The translations under genes were made by a program, and so were the position numbers. The notes under the pieces are model-generated. The model was not told the origin of the DNA. It saw only the letters and a list, made by a program, of their open reading frames with translations, and did no database searches. A stretch of DNA of 64,000 nucleotides from positions 314,464,001 through 314,528,000 of the forward strand of contig OZ024742.1 in assembly GCA_964016885.1 (NCBI GenBank), read 5' to 3'. This document shows, piece by piece, positions 28,690 through 42,632 of the stretch (the stretch's first letter is position 1; each line of letters opens with the position of its first letter). The stretch comes from Eledone cirrhosa (Eukaryota).

Positions 28690-29790
28690 AGTATGATGTT
28701 TGCTATGACTGAGTATCCTAGCCTTTGACAAACATACACTTCCGCATCCCACGCAAATAAGAGTCTCTTTCGAACCTGTTTCCGGAGCGAATTAACATCC
28801 TCCGATATTTAGTTGCCCACTTTATTTTAATATAGGTTCTCTGCTTCATTTCAAATTCCTTTTACACCAGTATCAATCCGATTTCGACAGTGGGCTCAGT
28901 AAGTTACATGATTTTCCTGTGCCTGTCTTGATATTGACCTTCATTAGGATATATTTCAATCAGTTTTTAACCCATTCGCATTTACATTACTCTATATTTA
29001 CTATTATATTTTCACTGTAAAGGCTTTATCTCACATAATTATCTCATATAATATCGAAGCTACGCAATTTTGATATTATTTATTTTGAGAACAATACCTT
29101 AACTTTGGTACAAGCGGCCAGTTATGGCCGGTTTGAACAGGTGAGAGAATTCTGACCGGATACGGGAGGTTTAAATGCTAAAGGTTTAAGGAACGTGTGT
29201 GATTTGCACTACTTGCGTTTGCCTTGAATCAATTCTCTGTACAATACCTGTTTTGGGAGTCTGCTGTATTATGTGATCTGTCCACTGGAGACGCTGTTTC
29301 TTGATGCCTGATAGACAGGCCCACTGCAACATATCAGTGTCTGGTGAATGAGACCTCTATGAGATCCTGAGAAATAAGCGCGAGCGTTGCTGCTGAAAAC
29401 CTTTGAGACGCTGTCTCACATCCATACAGCAAGACTAACGACACATGTTTGATGCACTTCAACTTTCATGCACACGCTGATATCTGACTGTGAGCAGAGG
29501 CGCTTTTCAATCTTGACAAACACATTGGTAACTTATCACTTCATGAAGGGTGCTGGTTCTGGAGTGAGTAATACCCAGGTAGACAAACGTAGCCACAACA
29601 TCAATATTGAAGGTTGAATATATGTCTTTCCACCTTCATGATGGGTTTCCAGTGATGATGGTTGTTTTCTTAGTGTAATCTAAAGCCCTGACCGCTGCCT
29701 CAAAATGCCTCGCAATTATACGCATTATCACTTTTGCTGATTTCAATTTGCTGAAACTGCTTTTTCTATTTGTGGGGATAGCCATGTTTC
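28690..29790 (-). mobile_element. Old degenerate RTE LINE 3' part, split by a MITE
   Basis: Minus-strand remnants YLG, LLYGCET, KQRLQW, LPKQVLYREL and a terminal CVGCGSVCLSKARILSH finger. Confidence 0.7.
28971..29185. mobile_element. piggyBac-type MITE
   Basis: TTAA-CCCATTCGCATTTA ... TAAATGCTAAAGGT-TTAA. Confidence 0.7.
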
Positions 29791-29811
29791 ATCAATATAT
29801 GTTTTAAAACA

Positions 29812-29894
<83 letters not shown>

Positions 29895-30016
29895 AAGATA
29901 GACATAGAATATTCGAAAATATTCTGTATGTTTATAATAAACATTTTGAAGACCTAATCGCTATAGAATAGAATACGTCACGTATTACAATTAGATTCTC
30001 GATAAAAGCAAGGGAA

Positions 30017-30059
30017 GTAACCTACGCGTTTCATTCTTATTAGAAATCTTCAGGATTAC
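30017..30059 (-). ncRNA. Minimal type I HHR (inverted copy)
   Basis: Reverse complement of 30194-30236. Confidence 0.8.
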
Positions 30060-30193
30060 ATATCCAGTGCTTTTATCGAGAATGACACAGCTTTCTGCCG
30101 GACCGGCAACCGCTCTTTCAAACCAGTTCCTGTACACAGCTAAGTATTCTATAAGTCTCTAGCTGTGTCATTCTCGATAAAAGCACTGGATAT

Positions 30194-30236
30194 GTAATCC
30201 TGAAGATTTCTAATAAGAATGAAACGCGTAGGTTAC
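30194..30236 (+). ncRNA. Minimal type I HHR (GUA triplet)
   Basis: GTAATC-CTGAAGA-TTTCTAATAAGAAT-GAAAC-GC-GTA-GGTTAC; palindromic ACGCGT stem III. Confidence 0.82.
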
Positions 30237-30503
30237 TTCCCTTGCTTTTATCGAGAATCTAATTGTAATACGTGACGTATTCTATTCTATAGCGATTAGG
30301 TCTTCAAAATGTTTATTATAAACATACAGAATATTTTCGAATATTCTATGTCTATCTTCACATATATATCGCTATTTCAGAGCATTTAATCCAATTTCTA
30401 ATTTCTGCCGGACCGGCAACCGCTCTTTCAAACCAGTTCCTGTACACAGCTAAGTATTCTATAAGTCTCTAGCTGTGTCATTCTCGATAAAAGCACTGGA
30501 TAT

Positions 30504-30546
30504 GTAATCCTGAAGATTTCTAATAAGAATGAAACGCGTAGGTTAC
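30504..30546 (+). ncRNA. Minimal type I HHR (GUA triplet), monomer 2
   Basis: Identical to 30194-30236. Confidence 0.82.
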
Positions 30547-30700
30547 TTCCCTTGCTTTTATCGAGAATCTAATTGTAATACGTGACGTATTCTATTCTAT
30601 AGCGATTAGGTCTTCAAAATGTTTATTATAAACATACAGAATATTTTCGAATATTCTATGTCTATCTTCACATATATATCGCTATTTCAGAGCATTTAAT

Positions 30701-30794
<94 letters not shown>

Positions 30795-32591
30795 CGTGTG
30801 TGTGTGTTGGAAAGTTGGTGTGTGTCTGTCTGTGTGTGTGTGCTGAGTATGTCTGTGCCTCACGTAGCTTATCTGCTAGTAAGCTATAAAGGAATTCAGC
30901 TACACAAATCTAATTAACATTGCATCGCTTCTCCTGAAAACCTGTTTTGTGGTAAACCCAGTTAAGTGTCCTATTGGCAGTTATGTAATCTTTGGGACAT
31001 ATATGTATCGCACATTGACGAACGTAATTATTCGTTATCGGATGTGGGTCAATGAAAATTTAGTAGAACGAAACGCTGTGAACTTGCCTCTTACGACTCA
31101 CTTCTGGATATTACATTGTGCTTTCAGCTAATCTGAATGTATAAATAACTTACATTTTTTTACATTCATCGCGGTACATCAGATAAAGTTTTGTTCTAAA
31201 ATACTTTAAGCCACCCTATATTCTGTTCTTTGCACGCACACAGGGGTGTGATATATAGGAAAACACGCATAGATTAATTTGCCTTCTGCTTTGCAATTGT
31301 TATGAACTGGAAAATAAATAAAATTTCTACGTACAAGATTATATTAATCTTTTCACATGCATGTATACCTGTGTATTCAAATATCAACATCATGTATAAA
31401 CGTGCGTGTGCATTATGGTTTTAAATTGAGTGCAATGTGCAGATCATGTGACACTTAACAATACTCCTGAAAATGAAAAATTCTGTTTTCATGTCCATTG
31501 TAGGGAAGGATAAATAAACAAATCGGATATCGATCAGCGCTATCTTGCGTGTCTTGAATTTCTACCACTTCCGTAAAATAAGAAACGGAAATGAAATTAA
31601 CTGAAAATCTCACAACAATATTCGTGTCATTTTTCTTTTAATGCAAGTGGGTTCAAATGGTTTTTAAAAAACGAGACAGTATCTGTAATTAGATCATTTC
31701 CAGTTTAGTCAGTATTGATTCTATCGTCATAGAACTCGAAATAAATATATCAGTATGAATTTCCTCATTGTTATCAATTAATTCAGTATACACATTAAAT
31801 TAAGGTTGGTAAAGAAAATTAATATGTATATTTATATTAGCAAATATCATATGCTAACATGAGAACTGTGTTAATTATTTTGGATAACTAAAGAACATAT
31901 GAAAGCCATGATATAAAAAAGCTGAGCTATTGTATGTGTGGTGGAGGTGAATCTGTACACATACATTGTATTTTATAATGATAATCAGAACTTCTATTCC
32001 CTTTACTGATTAGGACCACAAAATAATTCCAAGTTTAAGACATATTTGCCAGTCCGCGATGCTCTATAACTAAACTTTTAAGCAATTATACACATTAAGT
32101 ATAGGGTCATATTGACTTTGATAAGGGTCTTTAAACCAAATGTATTTTGAGATAGAGTTATCTAGGCACAAAAATATTCTATTGGTTAGGTTTATATGAG
32201 AGAAATTGGTAGTATAACAATATCTGGACGGTTGTGGTCGTACTACATTCGTCCTCAGTAGCAGAATGATAGGTTGGTTTCAATATTATTATTATTACGT
32301 TAATGTGTTTTAAAAAGGTTTAATTTGGTTTCTAACAATTTAGATTTTATTACTTAATTACGAATTTCAGGATTTTTTAATTGGATATTAAATATATTGG
32401 TGATATTTTTCTTTGTAATAGATCCTGGGCTTCATTTTGAAAATGTCTTCGTTTTATGTACCTGAGAAATTGAACTTGTATGTTGCATCTTACGCATTAT
32501 GTTAGCTGTAATTCCAAGGTTTTTTTTTTGGTTACATATTAATACACCATTTCCTGTGAATGAGTTAGGGTTTTGTTCGGTGTTGGTTTAA

Positions 32592-32637
<46 letters not shown>

Positions 32638-32667
32638 ACTATATAATCTCTCTCTATCTATCTTTCT

Positions 32668-32766
<99 letters not shown>

Positions 32767-33889
32767 TAATTTCAATGGCTCACATGTTTAACATGATATA
32801 TTGCTTTCTTCTTCTTGCTTTTTTTCCTTCTTTATTTTCTCTTTTTGGGTGGAGTGGGGGATGGTCGATAAATAGATTTCAAAATTTTACACGGAAAAAT
32901 TGGAGAATTACGAAAACCATTGGTTCACATGTGTAACGTTTTGCGGAAAAAAGTTTTAGCTTTTAGCCAGTCATATTTCTTTTCTAACTTTACCAAAACA
33001 AGTTCATGTTATATGAGTTTAATAGCTAAGTCGAACCGAAAATAAATAGATCATTTGAACACAAAACGGAATAGGTTCAGGTTATATGAGGCAAAATTAC
33101 TTGATTGGTCAAATAGAATTTATTATTCCTTGCACCCTTACAATTACAGAGATCAATTTTGTGTGATCTGGAAATGACTCCTACAAAAACATCTGTTTTA
33201 CAGATTCACTTTTAATTACATTTATAATATTCCTTTCATTCTTCTAGTATCTAAAAACAGTATCTTCACAGTCTATATTCGAGTATACCTGAAAATCATA
33301 TTTATTTAAGATGTCTATGTGATTAAATTTGTCGAGACAAAGGTCTGTTTAGAGATTTCTGTATTTCCTGCAAAATATCGTTTGTCATTTGTCAGTTATC
33401 ATTATACACAAACAAACATACACACACAGACATATTCGAAAAGGCGTACACACACAACCCTCCCTATGTACATATATCCTATTATTCTATTACGAAATTC
33501 CAACCGACAGGCTGAGGCCATGCTGGGGCACCAATATATCTAAGGTGGCGACAGAAAATATTTGTTCATCAATTGAAATTATAAACCTAATGTGAGTGGA
33601 CATGAAAATCTCAAAAAGTGAAGTGGGATTTACCTCACATAGAAATTGATATCAACAGAACATTATATGTTAATATGCAAGGATGAATATGTTTGTAGAT
33701 TGCAAGCTATGTTAATATCGGTAGATAATGATCTGTCGTATTAAGACTCTCTAAGGTAGACAAAACCAATTAGGTGCCAGGGTATATCAAGAAGAGTATG
33801 ATATACATAGAGGAATTTGTAAAGAATGTGTATAAAAACAGACGCAAACATATATATATAAAATGGCAAGAAAGAATGATATATATGTA

Positions 33890-33969
<80 letters not shown>

Positions 33970-34004
33970 TGTGAGAAAAACCACAGACCCTCCATCTCAA
34001 CTCA

Positions 34005-34042
34005 CCTTTTGAAAAGCAGAAGAACTGCGAAACCGGTAAAGG
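34005..34042 (+). ncRNA. Minimal type I HHR with U3-A8 core variant
   Basis: CCTT-TTGAAAA-GCAG/CTGC-GAAAC-CG-GTA-AAGG. Confidence 0.72.
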
Positions 34043-34264
34043 AACCAAATAAATATATATATATATTTTTTTAAATAAGACTCCAGTTGCATTTTCGATT
34101 TCATCTCTTTTTCTTTATATATATATAAATGTAGAAGTTGCATTTCCTTTGTTGGAATTCCGACAAACATAAATATTTATAACTGATTTAGAGCACTCAA
34201 CAGTTACTGGAGTAAATATTCCATGATATTAAATAAATCGAAACTATATTTATAAAACCATATT

Positions 34265-34329
34265 TATTTTATTATATATATTTCAAGGGCAACCAAGCCA
34301 ACCTTGGTACGCTTTCATCAGATAAAATA
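34265..34329 (-). ncRNA. Type I HHR (AUA triplet), same family as 25967
   Basis: TATTTTAT-CTGATGA-AAGCGTACCAAG/CTTGGTTGCCCTT-GAAA-TATAT-ATA-ATAAAATA. Confidence 0.75.
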
Positions 34330-34406
34330 CAAAGTTTGTTTTATAAATAAAGACGTGTCAATGAAGATTCAACCTTATCGGTCGGAAATTCGCTGGATAT
34401 ATATAC

Positions 34407-34512
<106 letters not shown>

Positions 34513-34672
34513 ATATTAATAAGTGTGTAGACTAAAATCTAAAGAGGGCTCGATAAGGATAAATATATATCAAATATATCAGAAGCATAGAGCAAATATT
34601 TATTAAAATAACAGATTAAAAACGGTGAAAGCAGCGCTTCTTTGCTTAAACTTTAATCTGTTATTTTAATAA

Positions 34673-34755
<83 letters not shown>

Positions 34756-34757
<2 letters not shown>

Positions 34758-35588
34758 CATACGTCAAGACGGGCGGTCTGGAAAGTGAAAGTAATTTTTG
34801 ACACTGTGAATTTTTTTTATTTTTTATTTTACAACAGGTCTCAATAGTGAAAGTTACGATACACACGCAATTGTATTGTCGCGGCCGCATCACCATCTCC
34901 ATTTATCAATCCCCTCAGAATATCTTTGCAATGTGCAAACCGCTGTAACATACACAACGTGTCACCGTGTATCGCCGGACACAGTGTATACACTGTTTCA
35001 AAATGATTAATAATGGCATTGGTATCCAAAATATCTTCAACTAACGTAACTCGACCACACATTCGTCCAGCCATATTTGATGTGACACTGTATTAGAATC
35101 CAGCCCTTCGGTGCTTCGTTTAAAAAAAATAAAATTTTCCCAGCCCTTCTGACGCCAATCTGCCTTTCTGATCCCAAGCTGCCCCTCTGACCCAAATCCC
35201 TTATCAATCTCTGTCCTTCTTATGACCCGACCTTAATTTCTTTGGGGACAGAGAGTTGGTGCCAACAAGTTTGGCGAGATGTACAAACACATATATACAC
35301 ACAAACATATATATACGTCTAAACCCATGCTTGCTTGGAGGATAGACGTTAAACGATGGTGATGACACAAACACATATATATATACAAACACACATATAT
35401 ATATATACATACAGACACACATATATATACACACATATACACACCCACACATTTATATATATTAAGAAATCCATACAATTGCGTGTGTATCGTAACTTTC
35501 ACTATTGAGACCTGTTGTAAAAAAAAAAATTAAAAAAATTCACAGTGTCAAAAATTACTTTAACTTTCCAGACCGCCCGTCTTGACGT

Positions 35589-35593
<5 letters not shown>
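34756..35593. repeat. Module with ~120-bp terminal inverted repeats between (TA)n tracts
   Basis: 34756-34877 is inverted at 35473-35593. Confidence 0.8.
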
Positions 35594-35658
<65 letters not shown>

Positions 35659-36226
35659 TGTATAGGCATATATATATATATAACATTATGTGTGCATGTT
35701 CAATGGAGAGCATTTAGATGGAGTAGTGTAGAGGATTTGGGATGTAGGGTTATGAGATTGGACTGCCTGTTGTGTTAAGCATGACGCCTCATGTCACACT
35801 GGTTTGCACCATAGGCAAGCTATTCTATATCTGGAAACACTTAAGAAACCTTCTAGGATGCAACCACGTCGGAGTCCATCTAAACCTTCATAGGTGTGAG
35901 ATGTCAATTTCATAGTTCATTTCATATATATGTGTTTGTTTCATCATTTTTCTACATGTATGCTGGTGCATGCATTGGAGTTAGTGAGCATGTGTGTGTG
36001 GGTGTATATATTTTTTGTTTAAGGAATTTAAACATACTTCGAAGCTAAGCAATCAATAATGCTAGAAATGAAATAAAATAACTCATGAAAAAGCCTTCTA
36101 TTGTTAACCCGTAATATTTCGCTCACAGCACAGTCAAATGCGAGGGAACAAGAGAGGGTGTGGAGAGGGAGAGAAAAGTGAAAGAGTGTGAGAGAGAGTA
36201 TAAGAACATTTTTATGCACAATGTTG

Positions 36227-36349
<123 letters not shown>

Positions 36350-36777
36350 GAGAGCAATGGGGCTAGCGCAGATTCTTCATGCAATGCAAAATAAATAAGT
36401 TTTACAATGAACTTAATGTAGGATAATTGTGTTTAATACACATATATATACATGAAACATTAATGTACGAATTCGTATTTATAAATAGCGTTTGATGGTT
36501 ATCATATTTGGAATGCTGTACTTTCTGGAAGATTGCCTGGCAATTATCCTACTACAGTCACTACAGTCACTATTTTATCTATTCAATAAATAAACTTACT
36601 GCTATGTAGTAAGGAGACTTAGTGAATTCTAAAAAATTGCTACAGCAATGATTACATATGTTTATATAAACAAAACCTATATATGCATATATAAATATAT
36701 AAATAAATAAATAGATAACTATGTACACACACACAGATATACACATAGACACACATACACACACACACACATACATA

Positions 36778-38639
36778 CAGTGGCGGACTGGCCAGGTTTC
36801 CACGTTGTCCAATGAGAAGTGGGCTCCAGGTGGCCCACGGTAGCATTGCAAGAGCCCACAGTAGCATTGCAGGGCCCACTGTAGTGTTTTAGGGGCCAAC
36901 GCTTTGCTTTAATAAAATAACTGAAATCTAAGAGAAAGAATAACATTTAAAAAAAATTTAAAAAACAATTAAGCAAAGCATTTCGTCAACCAATTCCCCA
37001 GGAAATTTCTAAAGACCATCGCCATTCCTTTAGTAGGGTGGAAAAGAGGAAAAGTACGGCTCTTTCCAAACTAATCTGGAAGCTCAAGCTGGACAGGACC
37101 CCGTACTCTGTGGTCAGGTCCAAGATTAGGGAAATGCCACCTGACAGATGGGGATCTGGCATCTGCAACCTCTGTCAGAGTGAGACTCTGGGGTACTCAG
37201 TGATGGGAGTAACCTAATCAACCTTAGGACCGATTTCTTCGGTACCTGTAGACACCTTAGGACGGGAACTTTCCTCAAGCTATATGGGTAGCAGCCCCGT
37301 CACACCAAGCCCAAGGTACACCAAACCCACCCCATATATCCTTCTCTATCCCCCATCTCTTCCCATCTCGAATAGCACATATAACACCACACTTACCTAT
37401 CAGCGAGAACAGTGCCTCATACCGCTGTGGTCCACCCCTCTCTCTCGCTTCCTCAACTCGAACCCAAGTTAGCGGACACTAGATAATTAGTGAGGCAAAG
37501 TAGGTCGGTGAAGTCCTACACTGTGTGCAGCCTCCGTTTCAGACCATCGTGCTTCACCACCCAACCTCGGTTTGTGATCCGAGTTTCCGGAAATATACTG
37601 CCTCGAACCTGACCCCTTTCGCACGCAAGAGTCAGTGCTAAATACCACAAGTAAATAGGACACACCTATTACTTCTCTCCCCACCTCATCCGGGGACCTT
37701 TGACTCTCTGTTCGTGTGTGTGCATCCGCATGTGTGCGTATCTGTAATTGTTATAATCCGTTACGATGTGTGTTACTGTGTGGACGTGGATTTGTGAATG
37801 CAACCGTGCCTGTTTTTATACGCGTGTTACGCGCAATGGTGGGCGTTGGCGGACATATACGCATATGTACTTTATGCTGAAATACGGATTGTAGCTCTTT
37901 ACACTTCTGGATTTTGACACAGAGGTTTTATTTGTTTTAACACACACGCGTTTTTTTACATCTTCCATTATAAAACCTAGTGTCAAAGAGAAGCACTGAA
38001 CTCTGTCAGTCTACATACATAAATGTTTCCTCTCAAAACAGCAGCTGACCATGGTTGACCTGCTGGCTGACCTGCTAACACCACTACCACTACCACCACG
38101 GTAAAGTAGAGCATCTGGACTTGAACACACAGTTAAAAGCAAGAATAAGAGGCTGACCTGTTTCTGAGGAATTTCAATAGACTTTCGACTGGGGAGGGGT
38201 ACGATATCTGACTGAGAAGGTGGGAGCATATCCTTTAGGCGCTAAAATTCCTGTTCCTTTCAGGACTAACAACACAACCAGGAGCTGGACATACACACAC
38301 ATATATATATATATATTTCAAGAGCGGTGCCCCAGCATGGCCTCAGTCGGATGGCTGGAACAGATGAAAGTGTAAAAGAGTAAATATATATATATGCATT
38401 ACGTGAGTGTGAAAGTCCAAAGGTCATTATTGAAAGTCTCTCGATTTTTAATACATAATATTTTGTATTGGAGAAGGTAGGGTATTTTTCCGCAAAAATT
38501 TGATTGCACTGTTTTGTTTCCACTTATGTAATTTTTGAAAATGTTATTTATTCATTATGAAAATTAAATGATAGCATTCTATATGTAGGTGGGCCTCCTT
38601 CATCTGGCAACCAATATTTTTAAACCTAGTCCGCCACTG
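36778..38639. mobile_element. Non-autonomous hAT-like DNA transposon
   Basis: TIRs CAGTGGCGGACT / AGTCCGCCACTG; a second right end at ~40012-40247. Confidence 0.6.
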
Positions 38640-38650
38640 TATAGATATAT

Positions 38651-40012
38651 ATAATGCCAATCTTTGTAAGTTTGAATCTAACTGACATGCAAAAACATAT
38701 ATGTAGGAATAAGGTTAGGCCAAATCGTAGTAGATTCAAATATCACAGAGAAAAAGAGAGAGCGAGAGAGGAGAGAGGGAGAGAAAGTAAGGGGAGAAAT
38801 GAGGTACAACAAGTAGGAGCAATAACATTAAGAAAGGCACAACACTTTGTTTTAAACATTTTGAAAGTAGGTTTATAAGTATGAATTTTCATAAGATCTA
38901 TGTGGCCTAGCGGTAGGTACTAGAGGCGATGGAGATACTAGTCCTGGGTTCAATCCTAATCAAGTGATACATGTGACTTTTTTTCCAGTTTTTATTTGAC
39001 ATCCAACAGAAAAAAACTGAAAAGTTTACTGGGAACCCTACTACCGACCAGAATCGAACGTCAGCCCGGCAACACCACCGTCTATGATTCCTCCAAGTAG
39101 GTCACCGAGACAGCTACAAAAACAAAATGAAAATTGATAATTATAAACATACTTTCAAAATCAAAGTTAAAAAGATGTGCTGTCGTTCATGGGTTTCCTA
39201 GAGCTATTAGTAATATTTAGGGCAGACTTGTAAATCTTCTGGCCCTATGGTAACAACCTTATTATTCCAATGTGTGTGTAACTGTTGAATTAATTTAATT
39301 TGAGTGTTTTAGCAAACAAATAATATATATATATATATATATATATAATGCCAATCATTGTAAGTTTGAATCTGAAATGCAAAAACATATATATATGAAT
39401 AAAGTAAGCCCAAATCATGGTATATTCAAATATCACAGAGAGAAAGAGAGATAGAGAGAGAGGGGGAGAAATGAGGAACAACAGAAATGAAACATGGATT
39501 ACAGGTTAAAATATAGTATATGTGAAACAAAACAAGGATGTAGTTTATGAAACACCCAAATTATTTAGATGTCGACCTTAAGTAGGAGCAATAACATTAA
39601 GAAAGACATGAACAACACCACAACACTTCGTTTTGAAAATTTCGAAAGTAGGGTTTATAAGTATGAATTTTCATAAGATTTTCGTAGCTGTCTCTGTGGA
39701 CTAGCGGTAGGTAGTAGAGACGGTGGAAATCCTGGCCTTTGGTTTAATCCTGGCGAGAGATATATTTTCACTTTTTATTTTACAACCAATAGAAAAAAAA
39801 AAGAAATTTTAGTGCAACCCTACTCCCGACCAGGATCGAACTTCAGACAAAGATTACCACCGTTTATGATTCCTCCAACTAGGCCACCGAGACAGCTATG
39901 AAAGCTTAATAAAAATTGATAATTATAAACCTATTTTCAAAATCAAATTTAGAACGATGTGGCGTCGTCATGGTTTTCCTAGAGTTATTAGTAATATTTA
40001 GGGTCGACTTCT
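38651..40012. mobile_element. Two diverged copies of a fold-back element with convergent tRNA-like heads
   Basis: 38651-39240 resembles 39345-40012; A/B-box-like motifs on both strands within each copy. Confidence 0.55.
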
Positions 40013-40259
40013 GGTCATTATTGGCAGTCTCTGGATTTCGTTAATACATCACATTTTTTTATTGGAGAAGGTAAGATATTTTCCGCAAAAATATGATTGC
40101 ACTATTGTTTCCACTTATGTATTTTACGAAAATGTTATTGATTCATTATAAAAATTAAATAATTGTTTCTACTTTAGGCACAAGGCCAGCAATCACCCAG
40201 TGCATTACTGGTAAGCATTCAATATTTTTAGACCTAATCCGCCACTGCACACACACACG

Positions 40260-40314
<55 letters not shown>

Positions 40315-40316
40315 AC

Positions 40317-40356
<40 letters not shown>

Positions 40357-40438
40357 GTTATTCCGAGTTGAATCGGAGGTAACCACAGTAAGTAAGGTAC
40401 TGAATACATAGCAGAGTATAAAGGTTTTAATATAGATG

Positions 40439-40489
40439 AGATTCTACAGTACTAGAACTGTTTCATTCTTCAGAAATCATCAGGAATCT
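40439..40489 (-). ncRNA. Type I HHR with full stem III (GUA triplet)
   Basis: AGATTC-CTGATGA-TTTCTGAAGAAT-GAA-ACAGT-TCTAGT-ACTGT-A-GAATCT. Confidence 0.82.
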
Positions 40490-40994
40490 GGGTATCAAAA
40501 AATAATTATGGTATATATAGGTCTCTACAAGTGGTAGGAGAGGGTGGGGAGTGGGATGGGTGTAGGTCATTGGTTGACAGAATTCATGAGAAGCTAATTC
40601 AACAAAGCTATAGTTTATTTTTATTTTTAGAGTTACAAAGGCAGGAAGAATTCTATAAACAGGTTCAGGATGGCATGCCAATCCTTATTAAGCTAACAGG
40701 TGTCTATAAAATCAGTGGGGGTCAGTCATGGTAGATAGATTTAAAAGAAAGGGAGATCCTTAAAAGCTAAATTCTTTAATAAGTGACAAGGTTTAGATAA
40801 TTCTGTAGAAAAATTCAAAATATTGAGTGCATATCTTACTATTGTCGTCAAATTTATCTTAAACTATTCAACTATATGCCAAAATCATCAACAGACACAT
40901 TCACAAAACACACTGACTCATACACTCGCGCGCACCCATAGACACACCCACATACACATACATACACATATATATATATATATATAAAAAATAA

Positions 40995-41043
<49 letters not shown>

Positions 41044-41199
41044 TATACATATACATACATATACATATATACATATACATATATATATATATATATATAC
41101 ATATATATACACATACATACACATACATATATATACACACACACACACACATATACACACATATACATATACATATATAAGTATACACCATATATACAC

Positions 41200-41260
<61 letters not shown>

Positions 41261-41467
41261 ATGAGAGACGTAAGATATGAAAATTATAAAATTATAAAAA
41301 TATAATATGTTGAGAAGGTAACACACCAGAGAGATATATAGTGCGTTATCAATAATACAGGGAAAAAACCACCAGTGTATGGATCTATAACCTATGAAAG
41401 GCAGACTATAGACACGATAATTAAAAATATAAATTAAAGCGTAAATAAATACCTCTATAACTATATA

Positions 41468-41548
41468 ACACACGTACAAATCCAAAGATATGTTTCACCA
41501 AAAAATGTGTTGAAAGAAATAGTCTAGTCTCGGTTCATCAGCGTGTTT
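41468..41548 (-). ncRNA. Type I HHR, monomer 1
   Basis: As 42010-42090, with one stem I mismatch. Confidence 0.78.
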
Positions 41549-42009
41549 AAGGCCATACATTTCAGACAACACTAAGAGAATTTTACAATTGACTGTCCAG
41601 CTACACGTGGGAGAGAGAAGTCACAGCGTGTTTAAGGGCAATGAACCAGTGGCCTCTGAGAGACGAACTGCTAGAAAGGGCAGCCCAAAGCCACTCAGAG
41701 AAGTGTGCTCAACCAAACAGAGATGGGAAAGACTGTTGTTAGGAGCGAAATATCACGATAAATTAACGGAGGCTTAGGCCGTCGTTATTCCCTGTAAATA
41801 ATGTGCTCAAAGGGGAAGAGATCCTGAGCCCTTTAAAATATAATATGTTGAGAAGGTAACACACCAGAGAGAGATATATAGTGCGTTATCAATAATACAG
41901 GGAAAAAAACCACCAGTGTATTGAATCTATAACCTATGAAAGGCAGACTATAGACACGATAATTAAAAATATAAATTAAAGCGTAAATAAATATCTCTAT
42001 AACTATATA

Positions 42010-42090
42010 ACACACGTACAAATCCAAAGATATGTTTCACCAAAAAATTTTTTGAAAGAAATGATCTAGTCTCGGTTCATCAGCGTGTGT
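42010..42090 (-). ncRNA. Type I HHR, monomer 2 (GUA triplet)
   Basis: ACACACG-CTGATGA-ACCGAGA..TTTTGGT-GAA-ACATATC-TTTG-GATTTGT-A-CGTGTGT. Confidence 0.83.
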
Positions 42091-42551
42091 AAGGCCATAC
42101 ATTTCAGACAACACTAAGAGAATTTTACAATTGACTGTCCAGCTACACGTGGGAGAGAGAAGTCACAGCGTGTTTAAGGGCAGTGAACCAGTGGCCTCTG
42201 AGAGACGAACTGCTAGAAAGGGCAGCCCAAAGCCACTCAGAGAAATGTGCTCAACCAAGCAGAGATGGGAAAGACTGTTGTTAGGAGCGAAATATCACGA
42301 TAATTTAACGGAGGCATAGGACGTCGTTATTCCCTGTAAATAATGTGCTCAAAGGGGAAGAGATCCTGAGCCCTTTAAAATATAATATGTTGAGAAGGTA
42401 ACACACCAGAGAGAGATATATAGTGCGTTATCAATAATACAGGGAAAAAAACCACCAGTGTATGGAATCTATAACCTATGAAAGGCAGACTATAGACACG
42501 ATAATTAAAAATATAAATTAAAGCGTAAATAAATACCTCTATAACTATATA

Positions 42552-42632
42552 ACACACGTACAAATCCAAAGATATGTTTCACCAAAAAATTTGTTGAAAG
42601 AAATGGTCTAGTCTCGGTTCATCAGCGTGTGT
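42552..42632 (-). ncRNA. Type I HHR, monomer 3
   Basis: As 42010-42090. Confidence 0.83.

Larger units (their letters stand above)
29886..30703 (+). mobile_element. Retrozyme-like module: two 310-bp tandem monomers preceded by an inverted ~205-bp copy
   Basis: 30092-30401 recurs at 30402-30703; 29886-30092 is the reverse complement of 30161-30367; flanked by (TA)n. Confidence 0.85.
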
